Virus record (IMG/VR): IMGVR_UViG_3300042549_005931
Coordinates: 124,001-188,000 of that record
Direction: 5' to 3' (one strand)
Length of the DNA stretch: 64,000 bases
The translations under genes were made by a program, and so were the position numbers. Shown here piece after piece: positions 1-10,850 of the stretch (its first letter is position 1; each line of letters begins with the position of its first letter). Below the pieces are notes generated by a model, which saw only the letters and a list, made by a program, of their open reading frames with translations, had not been told where the DNA came from and ran no database searches.

Positions 1-36
1 ATTTCTTTCTTCCATAATATTTTTTTAAAAAGTTAA

Positions 37-483
37 TTAAAGTTGGTAATTTAAATAAGTTGTTTCCAATTCTTCAGATGATAATATGTCAGTAAGGTTG
101 CCCAACATTCTCTTTAGTTTCGGACGAATATCCACGGTATATCTCACCTTTGGGTGAAAATAATGTGCCGGAAATATCCTTTCAATAAATACATCCTCAC
201 CCAACTTTATTTGTAGTAAAAATTGTTCTTTATCCTTATCAGAATTTTCTTCCACATAATCAGAGGACTGGAAAAAATTTTGATTTTCACACATGTAATC
301 GGAAGTTTTTATTTTCAAATCATTCGAAATTTCCTCACAAATATTTTTAACATAATCATAAAGGTCCAATGAACGACGTGATTTAGGGGTGTGTTCCATC
401 ACATTAAAAAAACGTTGACATACAATATTTTTTTCTAATGTTAAGATGAATTCGAATTTAGTAATTGATTGCTCGTTACTCAT
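37..483 (-). CDS. hypothetical phage protein (148 aa)
   Basis: Intact ORF overlapping the end of the exonuclease gene; no recognisable motif. Confidence 0.7.
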   Translation of the reverse strand: MSNEQSITKFEFILTLEKNIVCQRFFNVMEHTPKSRRSLDLYDYVKNICEEISNDLKIKTSDYMCENQNFFQSSDYVEENSDKDKEQFLLQIKLGEDVFIERIFPAHYFHPKVRYTVDIRPKLKRMLGNLTDILSSEELETTYLNYQL

Positions 484-1495
484 AGTTTTTGATTTTAATA
501 ATTCTTTTATTTTTTTCTTTTCTTGTTAATCTTAGGAAAGGATTTAAGAATTTTGCAAATGCATCATCTGATTTTGGTAGGATATTATTAATCCCATCTT
601 CCGTCATTAATTTTATTGCGTTCTTATACGACCTTCCTTCAGAGTCAAGATTCTCCCCTATTAACTGGTTAATATTTTCCTTAGCATCTTCAGTTAGTAA
701 TGGTTCATCTAAATTAACGATTTTATTGTTAATTTCAAAAAACTCATCACCAAAAACACCATGTTTTGTTACACCGGTTAATAAATTTGTTATTAATTTA
801 TTATTTTTATCTTGTTCGAAGATAACATTACTTTTTTTAATAATATCATCTAAAGATAATTGTTTTGTTTGTACTTCAGGGAAGAGAGAAATCAATCTTT
901 TAATACCCATATTTTTAATACCTGAAATATTATCAGATGGGTCACCACATAATATCTTAATGATTTTTACATTTTCAATTAAGACATCTTCATGACTATA
1001 CTTAATAGTATCATTGACACTATAAAGTTTATGATGTGATGGATTATAAATTTTTGTGTTTTCGGAAACTAATTGAGTTAAGTCTCCATCTGAGGAATAG
1101 ACTATTTTCTTTTCCTCTGGTGAGTTCTTAGTGTAGTAAGCAATACAATCGTCAGTTTCACAGAATTCGTACTCTCCTTGACGAACAAATAACTCCTCAA
1201 GGTATTGTTTAACTCTATCTCTTTGATAATTGTATGAGTTTAATTCCTCATCACTACGAAGTCTGCTCTTTCTATTTTCTTTATAGAGATGATAAACTTT
1301 TCTTCGTGATGACGAACCTTCATGTCCATCCCAAAATACTACAATCTTGTCTAAGTGATATTCTTCGAAAGACCTTCTAAGGGTATTGAGGAAATGATAT
1401 ATTCCCCCAATATGATTTCCCCTATAAAAGAAGTTCTTACACCCGTAAAATCCGATTGTTAATAAATTGTCACCGTCGACAAGTAAAACGGACAT
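476..1495 (-). CDS. 5'-3' exonuclease / T4 RNase H-like flap endonuclease
   Basis: LLVDGDNL, VFWDG, YKENR, ETDDCIA, SSDGDLTQL and GDPSDNISGIKNMG (H3TH) motifs. Confidence 0.92.
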   Translation of the reverse strand: MSVLLVDGDNLLTIGFYGCKNFFYRGNHIGGIYHFLNTLRRSFEEYHLDKIVVFWDGHEGSSSRRKVYHLYKENRKSRLRSDEELNSYNYQRDRVKQYLEELFVRQGEYEFCETDDCIAYYTKNSPEEKKIVYSSDGDLTQLVSENTKIYNPSHHKLYSVNDTIKYSHEDVLIENVKIIKILCGDPSDNISGIKNMGIKRLISLFPEVQTKQLSLDDIIKKSNVIFEQDKNNKLITNLLTGVTKHGVFGDEFFEINNKIVNLDEPLLTEDAKENINQLIGENLDSEGRSYKNAIKLMTEDGINNILPKSDDAFAKFLNPFLRLTRKEKNKRIIKIKNYE

Positions 1496-1518
1496 TTGTT
1501 TTAATTTAAAATGTGAAA

Positions 1519-2559
1519 CTATTCTTCGTCTGAATCTGTGGCATCTAAAACATCTTCGAATTTGATGTCTTTTAAGTCAGATACTTTTTCACCAAACAAC
1601 TTGCTAATATAATCTAAATTATCTTTAACATATTGTTCACGGGAAATTTTTTCTTCAGCCGTTTCTTTTGCTCTCAAGAATCCATGTGGTGTTACCATAA
1701 TCTTACCATCAGCAAACGCAATACCATTAACGTGATTTTTCATTACGGAAATTTTACTTCTCGTAGCCACACTAATAGTTCTTTTGTTTTTTGTGATAGG
1801 TATTTTAGTTGTACCCGCATTCTTTTGATTACCAAATAAGAAAACCAATGTTGAGTTCAAATAAATTGCCTCACCACCTTTTGCTTTAATCTTTGGTTGT
1901 CCATAGATATTGTCCGGTAATTCAACCCAAGGTTGATTAACAATAATCAATGTATTTGTGTGTGGTTTCTCAGAACGACGAGAACCTGAAATACGTTGAT
2001 TGATACCCATACCAATTTTGTCAGCTAACGCCGCCGCATTGTGTTGTTTACCACCTTTACCTTCGTATGTCATCTTACAAGGTACTGAACCCACAGAATC
2101 CCAAAGGAATAACAAATCGTAAGGTATGTTACCTTTATCTTGAGCATCCATCAAATCGTTCATAAAGTCCGTAATTTGTTCGATGTAATCAAAATCGTTC
2201 TTGAAAATGTAAGGACCTGAATAAGTTACCTCACCAGTTGCCTCGTCAACTTCTTGTTCAACAGGGATACCCATAATCCTTGCGTGCTCAAAATCAAACT
2301 TTTGTTCTGTGATAATAAACACAGGTAACATTCCTTTTTTGACACCATCAGCCGCAGCACCTAATAGAGCCGTTGTCTTACCTGTATCTGAATGTCCTAA
2401 CAACATATTGATGTGACCAATTGCGGGACCAGGAATACCCGTTGCATCCAAGAAAGCATCACCTAAATCCAAGAACCTGTCGGCCTTGTAAGTAGTTTTA
2501 GTTGAGTATTTGTTTACAACACTCTCAATGCTTGAAAAATCTTGTTTTTTAATTCCCAT
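1519..2559 (-). CDS. uvsX: RecA/UvsX-like recombinase
   Basis: Walker A GHSDTGKTT, Walker B LFLWDSVGS, IVNQ and KAKGG motifs; lies next to SSB. Confidence 0.9.
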   Translation of the reverse strand: MGIKKQDFSSIESVVNKYSTKTTYKADRFLDLGDAFLDATGIPGPAIGHINMLLGHSDTGKTTALLGAAADGVKKGMLPVFIITEQKFDFEHARIMGIPVEQEVDEATGEVTYSGPYIFKNDFDYIEQITDFMNDLMDAQDKGNIPYDLLFLWDSVGSVPCKMTYEGKGGKQHNAAALADKIGMGINQRISGSRRSEKPHTNTLIIVNQPWVELPDNIYGQPKIKAKGGEAIYLNSTLVFLFGNQKNAGTTKIPITKNKRTISVATRSKISVMKNHVNGIAFADGKIMVTPHGFLRAKETAEEKISREQYVKDNLDYISKLFGEKVSDLKDIKFEDVLDATDSDEE

Positions 2560-2573
2560 ATATTTTGTTTTTA

Positions 2574-2599
2574 AAATGGGGTGGATATTTCACCACCCC
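2574..2599 (-). terminator. stem-loop between ssb and uvsX (terminator or processing hairpin)
   Basis: GGGGTGG-N8-CCACCCC followed by a short T run on the minus strand. Confidence 0.5.
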
Positions 2600-2605
2600 G
2601 TGATA

Positions 2606-3478
2606 TTAGAACGGTAATTCTTCGTCGATATCGTCATCCGCTTGTGGGTCCTCAACTACAGGAGCCTTAGCCGGTGCTGACGGTGTTGAAGGAGCTTGTG
2701 GTGATTGACCCATTGTTTCTTCGCCCGATGAGTTAGAAACCCATTTGCTCAAGTTAGAATCCCAACGTGGAACTTCACCATTTGCAACCATCTCTAAGTA
2801 ATCTTCACCTTTCTTAGAATAAACATCTGACCAAGTTAATTCGTCATTTGACCACGTACTACCGATGTTTTCATCTGTATGTAAAGGTCCCTTGTCTTCA
2901 GGAATTACTGAATTGATTGTTGTATACTCTTTACCGTTACCTGACTTAGCCAATGTTAACGATAAGATTAAATCACGACCATCAGCAACATTTGTGATGT
3001 CACCTTTATTACGGAAGATAGGGATAATTTTATCCAAGATACCATCTCCTTTTGCGTTGTGTTTAAATCTCCAAAACTTAACACCATCATTTTCGTTATC
3101 ACGGTCGATAACTTTCACAATATAAAATTTACGAGAACGATATTGACGAGCTAACTCACGGTCAGACTCAACACCTGTCATCATTAATTCATCATGAATC
3201 TCGTTTAATGGTGAACGTTTTCCTTCTTGTTTAGGGTCATATAATTTTACCCATTTTCCATCCACTTGAACTTCGTGGAAATATACCTCAACAAATGGTG
3301 AAGAACCATCTTTTGTTGGTAGAATACGAATACGTTTTTCCTCACCTTTAGAACCTTTTGGTAATACGGTAGTGAAATACTTCTTCATGCGGTCCTCAGA
3401 GGACACTCGATTTGCGTTGCCACTTGTGGCGTTCTTGTTTTTTTCGTACTGAGCCAGTACTGCATCAAATGTAGACAT
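2606..3478 (-). CDS. ssb: single-stranded DNA-binding protein, T4 gp32-like
   Basis: IRILP..DGSSPFVEVYFH, YIVKVIDRD..NDGVKFWRF and acidic tail DDDIDEELPF. Confidence 0.88.
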   Translation of the reverse strand: MSTFDAVLAQYEKNKNATSGNANRVSSEDRMKKYFTTVLPKGSKGEEKRIRILPTKDGSSPFVEVYFHEVQVDGKWVKLYDPKQEGKRSPLNEIHDELMMTGVESDRELARQYRSRKFYIVKVIDRDNENDGVKFWRFKHNAKGDGILDKIIPIFRNKGDITNVADGRDLILSLTLAKSGNGKEYTTINSVIPEDKGPLHTDENIGSTWSNDELTWSDVYSKKGEDYLEMVANGEVPRWDSNLSKWVSNSSGEETMGQSPQAPSTPSAPAKAPVVEDPQADDDIDEELPF

Positions 3479-3504
3479 AATTATATATGTTTTTAGTTAT
3501 GGAA

Positions 3505-3512
3505 CAAATATA
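3505..3512 (-). promoter_or_regulatory. Bacteroidota-type sigma70 -7 element (TATATTTG) upstream of ssb
   Basis: Matches TAnnTTTG; lies directly after a terminator and 26 nt before the ATG. Confidence 0.65.
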
Positions 3513-3515
3513 CAT

Positions 3516-3544
3516 AAAAAAAACCGCATTACGAAATACGGTTT
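3516..3544 (-). terminator. rho-independent terminator
   Basis: Minus strand AAACCGTATT-TCGT-AATGCGGTTT followed by a T tract. Confidence 0.8.
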
Positions 3545-3573
3545 AGTTATTAACATTAATTTTTTTAATAAAA

Positions 3574-3801
3574 TTACCAATTAATAGTATATTTTGGGTA
3601 CGTCCCCATGGTGTCAAAAGATTCAGTAACCGTATAACCATACTGTTTAAGTATGGTTATCATAGCGGAATTAATTTTTCCTCCATCTACTATTATTGTA
3701 TATAAACCCTGAGCGGTTGCTCCGGTTACTAAACTATCAATATATGATAGTGAACTTGTTGCCGTATTTGATGCAATTCTTGCTGCTGAACCTGATATCA
3801 T
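3574..3801 (-). CDS. small hypothetical protein, possibly virion-associated (75 aa)
   Basis: Intact ORF at the end of the late operon; Ser/Thr/Gly-rich with a TGAT motif. Confidence 0.65.
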   Translation of the reverse strand: MISGSAARIASNTATSSLSYIDSLVTGATAQGLYTIIVDGGKINSAMITILKQYGYTVTESFDTMGTYPKYTINW

Positions 3802-3819
3802 TTTATTTTATTTTTTTTC

Positions 3820-4200
3820 TTATTTGTTTAATGTAAGTAAATATTTTAATTTTTGGAATAAACCAAGCATTTCATCTCGTAAATTTAAAAGATTTGTATC
3901 TTTTTCATCGATACTGTCAGTCCATTGAACAAAAGATTTACACACGGTTTCTATCATTTCTTCAGGTTTTACATCTCCAATATTTACTAATTCAATTGTA
4001 TTTGTTTCATCATCTAACTGAAATCTACCGTATTGGCCCATTGATTGTTCAACAAATTCATCCATCAAATCTTCCAACGCATCTCTTGTTTTAGCAAACG
4101 CTTTGTGTCTTGCTAAACCTTTAGTTTGCCAATGAAATATTTTCAATTGACTGTGTAATCCTATAAGGAAATTTACATTAGAACTTAAATTCATTTTCAT
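3820..4200 (-). CDS. ferritin/Dps-like four-helix bundle protein
   Basis: HWQTKG..RH.....DALEDLMDEFVE pattern resembles the Dps ferroxidase-centre helices. Confidence 0.7.
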   Translation of the reverse strand: MKMNLSSNVNFLIGLHSQLKIFHWQTKGLARHKAFAKTRDALEDLMDEFVEQSMGQYGRFQLDDETNTIELVNIGDVKPEEMIETVCKSFVQWTDSIDEKDTNLLNLRDEMLGLFQKLKYLLTLNK

Positions 4201-4834
4201 TTTCTTCTCCCGTATCGTTAAATGTATCTCTTAATGTTTCTGGTGTAAAATCATTTACATCATCTTTTGTTAAAATGTATTCGTTTTTACCACTTGCTCT
4301 CATTTCTTCTTGTTTTTGTGAAAAGAAATCAGTTGGTTTTTGATTAAATGGATATGAATCTAATGAACGCATTTCCAATTTTTCTTGTGGTGTTTCAGGT
4401 TTCATTTGTTTTACCTCAGCACCTAATTGCTCAATCTTTTGAACTAAAGTATCCATCTCAGATAATTTGGATGCCAAGTCATCAAGTTTAGTAAATACAT
4501 CGTCCATTTTACCGATAACAGTTGAATTGTCGTTTTGTGTTCCCTCAATGTCTTTCTTAAGACTCTTAGTCATATTAACTAAGTCTGTAATATCGATTTC
4601 TTCTGTATCACCCATTGCCGGGTCTGCAGGTACGTCCATTGGTGCAGGTGCTTCACCACCTAATGCCGGGTCCGCAGGTGCTCCACCCAATGCTGGGTCA
4701 ACAGGTGCTGCCGCAGCATCTAATGCCGGGTCTGCCGGTGGTAGTGGTGCTTCTTGTTCCACTATCATTTTCTTAGCGTATTTGTTAATCGCATTATAAC
4801 GATTTAGTTCTTCTTGTAGTTTGTTTTCTAACAT
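4178..4834 (-). CDS. acidic Pro/Ala-rich protein, putative internal head protein
   Basis: N-terminal LQEELNRYNAI helix, IVE site, PADPAL repeats, coiled coil. Confidence 0.65.
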   Translation of the reverse strand: MLENKLQEELNRYNAINKYAKKMIVEQEAPLPPADPALDAAAAPVDPALGGAPADPALGGEAPAPMDVPADPAMGDTEEIDITDLVNMTKSLKKDIEGTQNDNSTVIGKMDDVFTKLDDLASKLSEMDTLVQKIEQLGAEVKQMKPETPQEKLEMRSLDSYPFNQKPTDFFSQKQEEMRASGKNEYILTKDDVNDFTPETLRDTFNDTGEENENEFKF

Positions 4835-4837
4835 GGC

Positions 4838-5041
4838 TTAATCTTGTAATAATTGTCTACCGTCGTTGGTAATATATTTTTTATTTATTCTTTCGACTAT
4901 TCCGTCTTTTTCTCTGATAGTATAACATTCTCCTGTTACCATATCACACTCTTCTCTTTCCATTCCATCGTTAGATGTGTTTCTAACTTGTTTTGGAGTT
5001 AAGAATTGGTCCATTGCGTTGTTAATTCTTGAATTATTCAT
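4838..5041 (-). CDS. small hypothetical protein (67 aa, CDMVTGEC motif)
   Basis: Intact ORF preceded by TATTTATA at 5053-5060. Confidence 0.7.
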   Translation of the reverse strand: MNNSRINNAMDQFLTPKQVRNTSNDGMEREECDMVTGECYTIREKDGIVERINKKYITNDGRQLLQD

Positions 5042-5081
5042 AACATTTTTATTATAAATATCTGTAATTAGTTAATATTCA

Positions 5082-8000
5082 CTATTCCATTTGAAAATAA
5101 ACCACATCTCCATCACCAACATCTAATTTCTTTGCCAATTGGTTAGATATTGCAACACCGTAACCCGTAATATTTGGTCCAATATTGATAGGTCCACTTA
5201 CTTGTGCCGGTGTAATGACGTTTTGATTACCAATTGCCGGTATATTAACTTTCTTTTCCAAATTTTTCGGATTAAAGAACGTAATGTTAGATGAAAGTAT
5301 ATGATTACCTGCCGGAGTATATTGAATATTAGGTAAATCAAATCTTAATGAATAATAATATGCGTTTGGTACAACTTTTTTTACTTCACGCCAAACAATA
5401 GCATTACCCGTATCACCAGTTACTACAATGTTTTTCGTGTAACTATAGATGTTCATTTTATCTTCAGATTCGATTTTGTATTTATCATCATTCATTTTAA
5501 CAGCAATGGCTCTAAAATATTCAACACCATTAAGTGTAACCTTCTGTATGTATTTCTCACCATTATATCCGTTGAATCTAACACCATATTGATTAACACC
5601 AGCCTCATTTACCAACTGTTCTCCATTAATAATATTCTTGGAATCTCCCTTATCAATTGTTAAATTACCTTGAGGTGTATTAATAGTTGTTTCATTGGCT
5701 TTCGGTCCTTTAATCATATTATCAGCCTCATTTTGTCTCGCCTGTGCCCTTTCTGTGATTTTATCAAATAATACACGGTAACTTGCCATGAACGAATCTT
5801 TTGGATTTGGTAATGATGCATAAGGTATTCTTGTACCCTTAAATGAGGTAGATATGATGTTACTTTTATTAATATTGTGTGTTACCTCAGTAATCCAATA
5901 TGTACCCCTAAACATTGGTACATTTTTTAAATAAAAATACATTGTAGGTTGTATCATCACATTACCTAAACAAGTAACGTCACATGTATATGATACACTT
6001 CTATAGATATCAAATAAACTTGTATCTATTTGTTGTGCGCCGGCACCATTTTCTGAACGACCTAAATTTTCAAGTACCGCAAATGATTCTGTGGTATTTT
6101 TTACTGAGGACTGGTCTAAGCTTACACTTTTAAAAATATTTTGATTTTGGTCACCCACACTAACTTCAAAAGCAACAACCTTATTTGATTTGGTCATATC
6201 ACTATTACTAAAAATACCCGGTATCGTTACAATTAATGGATTGTTATTAGCATCACCAATATCAAAACTATCATCACGGAATAAGTTTTTATCACTTATA
6301 TCTCTCATTTCAAGATGTTTAGATGTTGGACCAGAATATTGTACAACCATTTTAGGTGATGACTCCTCGTAATCAACATCTAAGAATGTACCAAATAAAT
6401 TATTGGCAGTCTTTTTAGAAGCATTTACCTTGCCTTTACTTTGATAGTTATTTCCGTAGAAATTAACATATGCCGGCATAGCCCTCATGTCAAATCCGGT
6501 ATCTTGAATTAACATTGATATTACACCATATAAGTTTTGTTTACTGTTGTTGACGTTTTCTAATGTCAATAATTTATCTAATGAAAGATATGCTTGATTA
6601 CCAATATATTTGTTAGCCTTATCTAAGAACATAAATTCTTCAATTAGTAATCTTTGTCCTAATGAATTACCGGCAACCCATTTATCATTAAATGATTTAA
6701 AGAAATTATATAATTCAAGTTTTAACGTTGTTTCATTATAACCCCTATCATATGTTAATGTCTGTGTGAATGTTTTTGGTTTTAACGTACCGAGTTTTGC
6801 GGTTAATGTAGCTAAAAACAATTCGTGTCTAACACTAGCACCATTTATGTCGGTTGTACTTGTGAAAACATTATCTCTAATATATTTTTGAAATTCTGAT
6901 TTGGTTAATGTGTTACCCATTTTAGCGTATCCCGCAAATATGTGAATCAATGTTCTAAATGTTAATATATTTTCCTCATTTAACTCAACGTCATTTGTAA
7001 TAAAGAATTCTTTATAGTAATCATCGTTTAAATCGGGATTACCACCAACATATAATTTTAATAGTTTTTGATTTTCGGTAGTATATTGAGACTCATTATA
7101 AGGATTAACCTTAAATGTTGTATTGTTATTCAACGCACTTAATCCCGACCAAGCGTATAAATCAATTTCTTTTGGGTTACCAATTGTAATCTTTAATAGA
7201 TTATTATCATTGATTATTTCTTGAGTTATTGTTTTTAATTTTTCAACTTGCTTTGTCTTTAATAATTTAATATATGTGTCATAGTTTGCGGTATCTGAAA
7301 TAACGACAGGGATAGTAGTCATTTCTTTTAATAAGGAAATGAAATTGTCATGTTTTATATTACTATAAACCTTTAATGGAATTTGTTCACCACTTTTATC
7401 TGATGCAAAGTCTAAAAATAACTTTTCAAACTCATCTAATATATTTGGATTAAATGTCGCAATAAGGTCATAGATTTCTCTATTAATATTAGTTATTAAA
7501 TATTGATTATCTAAGTTTCTGTTTGTTGGGTTGTATGATAAATTATATTCTTGAAAATTTGGGAATGGTAATGAATCATAGTCATCATTTAACTGAGTAT
7601 CTTCCCAAATAATACGGAAATTACTTTGTCTTGCCGACGCTACACTATTGTTTTTTAAATTAGTGGCACTATTAAAACCGTCACTAGGTAATAATGTGGT
7701 AAATTCATCAGTTAATTTTAAATCTTTATTATTTACAAATGCAGTCCAATATCTATTATTATTTACCACCTTTGACCTATAATATAATCCACCAAGTGTT
7801 GTTCCACTAGTGAATCCGGTGAGGGTATCATTGAATGTGTCATATCCGTTTATTATTTTATTATAAACAGATTGATAGTAAGGATGAAACCCACAATCAA
7901 AAGTTCCATTATAATTTATGTATTTTGTTGATAAATTATTATAATCATATGTTGGATATGTATTATCTGCCCCATTTTTATCATAATAACTTAGACCATT

Positions 8001-10850
8001 TATTGCTGTGGTTATGTTTTCATTCAAAAATCCATCTAATATATCAATTGGTGCACCTAAACCATCTTCTTGTGTTAAATAAGTTTTATATCTATGATAT
8101 AACGAACCCCATTTTAAAATCAAATGATATGGGATATGATGTGACGCACCAATTTCTTTTAAGGTTGTAGCAATTAGTGGACGACCTGAACCACCGGCCC
8201 ACTTATCAGATAAATCTCTAAATGGTAATGAATTTAATAACAAGTATGCAGAACCGGCATACTTTCCGTATGGACTTGTTTTTTTATAATCTTCAAAAAG
8301 TTGTTTATGAAAGTATGGTGTGTTTAAAATGTTTTCACTTGTATTATTTACCTTTAACTTTTGTGAAAATATGTTTTCACGCCAAGAACCATCAAGATTA
8401 TCTTTAATCCAAAATGTTGAACCTTTTGGATATGAAACAACAAGACCTTCGGTTGTATTAACACTTAATATACCATCAAACTTAAAATTATCTTTTAGTA
8501 ATTGTGGTTGATTAAGATATAAAAGATATTCATCGGAATTAAATGGATAGATACCCATTCTATATTCTTCAATTTTATAATTTAAAATATTGTCCGCTAA
8601 TTTTGTGTATTTATTATCGGTATCAACATTTTTAGTTGCTCCACTATATTGTTCTATTTTAAATGGACTATTTAAAAATTCGTTAATATATGGTGTAGTT
8701 GGTAGACTGTCTTGATAATACGGATATCTTTCAAAAGGTGATGTTGTTTTAAGTTTTTCTCTTAATTTATCTGTTGTGTTTACACCTTTTAATATACTAA
8801 TAACATCAAAATCTTCCTCAAGTACTTTTTGTAAAATTTCAAATTCAATATTAGCCAACTCTTTAATTGATTCGTTGTTAAATGAATCAACCAATGTTGC
8901 ATATTTTGAACGTTCCCATATTTCGTAAACAAGTGACGTGATATCTTTTGAAATATATGGTTGATAATTCATCCATTGGAATAGTGTAGAAATTTTTGGT
9001 ATATCTACATTTTTTTCATCATTAGCAAACACATAACTTATATTTCCAACACCACCCTCTTTTTCAGTGTTTGTGTCTAACTTTTTACTTGCAACTGCAT
9101 AATAATTTTCAAGAAAATCAATTTCGGGCCATAATCTTGGATTATTTGATTCTAATTTTTTTTCTAAATCTGGGTCACGAGGATATGCTAATATTTTTTG
9201 TTGTGATGTTGAAACTTTTTTAATTTCAGGCCACGGATAAATTGGTTTACCTTTTGTTTCATCACTTAAATTACCAATCTTTTTTGCTCTCTCCTCACCA
9301 ACCTCAAATGATTTTCTATGTGTATCTTTAAATAAACGAATATAAACATCGGCGTTAGCCATGATTACCGCAAAGATGTTCTGTATTGTAGGTTCAAAAC
9401 CAATACCCTTATCTTTATCTCGGATAATCTTATTCATTTCTTCTTCAATATTTTGAATAACCTTATTACGTTGTTTAACAAATGTATTACTTATCTCATA
9501 AATGTCTTTTAATATTTCATTTTTTGCTATACCATATATACCATTACTATCATCTTGATATGATTTATAATCTTTTATTTTAGTCGCCAAACTAATTTCT
9601 AACGCATTTTTGTCAAAATTTGCCCTTTGGTCCGCTTTTATTGTATCAAGAAGAACTTTTGAATTAGCCAATCTTCCAATATTTTGTCTAATAATATAAT
9701 CTAATGTACCACTACTGTTTTGGTCTGAATTATATACATTTTTTAAACTATTATTCTCTGATGTTGCTAATTTAAAATAATCAACACCATTTTTCACAAA
9801 GAAGTCATTTGATAATCGTACAGAAGACCATGACTTAATTTGTTCCTCAAATGTTGTGATACTTGTTTCAAATTCTTTAATACCTGAAAGAATTCTAAAA
9901 TCTACTTTTTGGTCAAATATTTCCCTTTCTAATATTTTATCTAATGAAGACGCAATAGTGATTATCTCTCTAAGAGTTCTTGGTCTTACATTAAAATCTT
10001 TCGGTAAAAAACCTTTTTGTATATATTCATCATATACCGCCTTCAATAAAACAAATCCTTTTGATGTTTTACTAATACTTTTTTCTACTCTATTTGTTTT
10101 TGGATTAAACTTACCTTTCTTATCTGTTTCTGATAAAAACATATAAGGAGCGTTTAAAATACCCTCTAAAGGTATGTCACTTAAAAAAGCGTATGTTGAG
10201 CCAACAAATGATGTTGCAATTTCAAAATTACCATTTTCGGTAAATTTTGATGTAAACTTAGTCATGTGTAACCTATAACGAATTGCCTTACCATAATAAC
10301 CTTTAACGGTTAAATAAAATATTGGCCATGGTAAATGAAAAAATGCTTTATATGGGGAATTTTCAGGTGATTCAAATAATGTCTTACCTCTAACATCAAC
10401 AAAGTTGATATTGATTTGTGGAATAAATCCACCACCCTTTATATTAATAACGATACTTTCAATACCAAAAGATTGTGCGGTGTCATCGCTTTGATAAAAT
10501 TCACCCGTTCCGACCATGTTACCATTTTTATCTTTAACCATCTTTTCACGGTTATCAAAAAATGAATCAGTCCAAGTAGAATCGTAATCCGAACCACCAT
10601 TCTTTTTCATGAAATTAAGTGTTCCTTGAGCAACTGATGTTAATGAACTTTTTTCGTCATTTGAAATTAATGTAGTTCTTGGAATTAAATCTGCCTCCAA
10701 GTTTACATACGTTACTAAATTTTCTTGTTTAACGCCCCTTGGTTGAATTTGTCCATCAACAACAGTACTATTTGGGTCAACATAAATTAAATTATTTTGG
10801 TCAACCTTTATTAAAATGTCCTCATGTTCATTAGTGTTACTGTTCTCCAT
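5082..10850 (-). CDS. very large baseplate hub protein (gp27/VgrG/late-control-D-like)
   Basis: C-proximal TCDVTCLGNVMIQPTMYFYL...GTYWITEVTHNI..STSFKG pattern typical of hub proteins; follows the tape measure, tube initiator and wedge genes. Confidence 0.65.
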   Translation of the reverse strand: MENSNTNEHEDILIKVDQNNLIYVDPNSTVVDGQIQPRGVKQENLVTYVNLEADLIPRTTLISNDEKSSLTSVAQGTLNFMKKNGGSDYDSTWTDSFFDNREKMVKDKNGNMVGTGEFYQSDDTAQSFGIESIVINIKGGGFIPQININFVDVRGKTLFESPENSPYKAFFHLPWPIFYLTVKGYYGKAIRYRLHMTKFTSKFTENGNFEIATSFVGSTYAFLSDIPLEGILNAPYMFLSETDKKGKFNPKTNRVEKSISKTSKGFVLLKAVYDEYIQKGFLPKDFNVRPRTLREIITIASSLDKILEREIFDQKVDFRILSGIKEFETSITTFEEQIKSWSSVRLSNDFFVKNGVDYFKLATSENNSLKNVYNSDQNSSGTLDYIIRQNIGRLANSKVLLDTIKADQRANFDKNALEISLATKIKDYKSYQDDSNGIYGIAKNEILKDIYEISNTFVKQRNKVIQNIEEEMNKIIRDKDKGIGFEPTIQNIFAVIMANADVYIRLFKDTHRKSFEVGEERAKKIGNLSDETKGKPIYPWPEIKKVSTSQQKILAYPRDPDLEKKLESNNPRLWPEIDFLENYYAVASKKLDTNTEKEGGVGNISYVFANDEKNVDIPKISTLFQWMNYQPYISKDITSLVYEIWERSKYATLVDSFNNESIKELANIEFEILQKVLEEDFDVISILKGVNTTDKLREKLKTTSPFERYPYYQDSLPTTPYINEFLNSPFKIEQYSGATKNVDTDNKYTKLADNILNYKIEEYRMGIYPFNSDEYLLYLNQPQLLKDNFKFDGILSVNTTEGLVVSYPKGSTFWIKDNLDGSWRENIFSQKLKVNNTSENILNTPYFHKQLFEDYKKTSPYGKYAGSAYLLLNSLPFRDLSDKWAGGSGRPLIATTLKEIGASHHIPYHLILKWGSLYHRYKTYLTQEDGLGAPIDILDGFLNENITTAINGLSYYDKNGADNTYPTYDYNNLSTKYINYNGTFDCGFHPYYQSVYNKIINGYDTFNDTLTGFTSGTTLGGLYYRSKVVNNNRYWTAFVNNKDLKLTDEFTTLLPSDGFNSATNLKNNSVASARQSNFRIIWEDTQLNDDYDSLPFPNFQEYNLSYNPTNRNLDNQYLITNINREIYDLIATFNPNILDEFEKLFLDFASDKSGEQIPLKVYSNIKHDNFISLLKEMTTIPVVISDTANYDTYIKLLKTKQVEKLKTITQEIINDNNLLKITIGNPKEIDLYAWSGLSALNNNTTFKVNPYNESQYTTENQKLLKLYVGGNPDLNDDYYKEFFITNDVELNEENILTFRTLIHIFAGYAKMGNTLTKSEFQKYIRDNVFTSTTDINGASVRHELFLATLTAKLGTLKPKTFTQTLTYDRGYNETTLKLELYNFFKSFNDKWVAGNSLGQRLLIEEFMFLDKANKYIGNQAYLSLDKLLTLENVNNSKQNLYGVISMLIQDTGFDMRAMPAYVNFYGNNYQSKGKVNASKKTANNLFGTFLDVDYEESSPKMVVQYSGPTSKHLEMRDISDKNLFRDDSFDIGDANNNPLIVTIPGIFSNSDMTKSNKVVAFEVSVGDQNQNIFKSVSLDQSSVKNTTESFAVLENLGRSENGAGAQQIDTSLFDIYRSVSYTCDVTCLGNVMIQPTMYFYLKNVPMFRGTYWITEVTHNINKSNIISTSFKGTRIPYASLPNPKDSFMASYRVLFDKITERAQARQNEADNMIKGPKANETTINTPQGNLTIDKGDSKNIINGEQLVNEAGVNQYGVRFNGYNGEKYIQKVTLNGVEYFRAIAVKMNDDKYKIESEDKMNIYSYTKNIVVTGDTGNAIVWREVKKVVPNAYYYSLRFDLPNIQYTPAGNHILSSNITFFNPKNLEKKVNIPAIGNQNVITPAQVSGPINIGPNITGYGVAISNQLAKKLDVGDGDVVYFQME

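Noticed and set aside
1-15. Start of another minus-strand gene (MEERN...)
   Set aside because: Only five codons lie in the window, so no function can be supported
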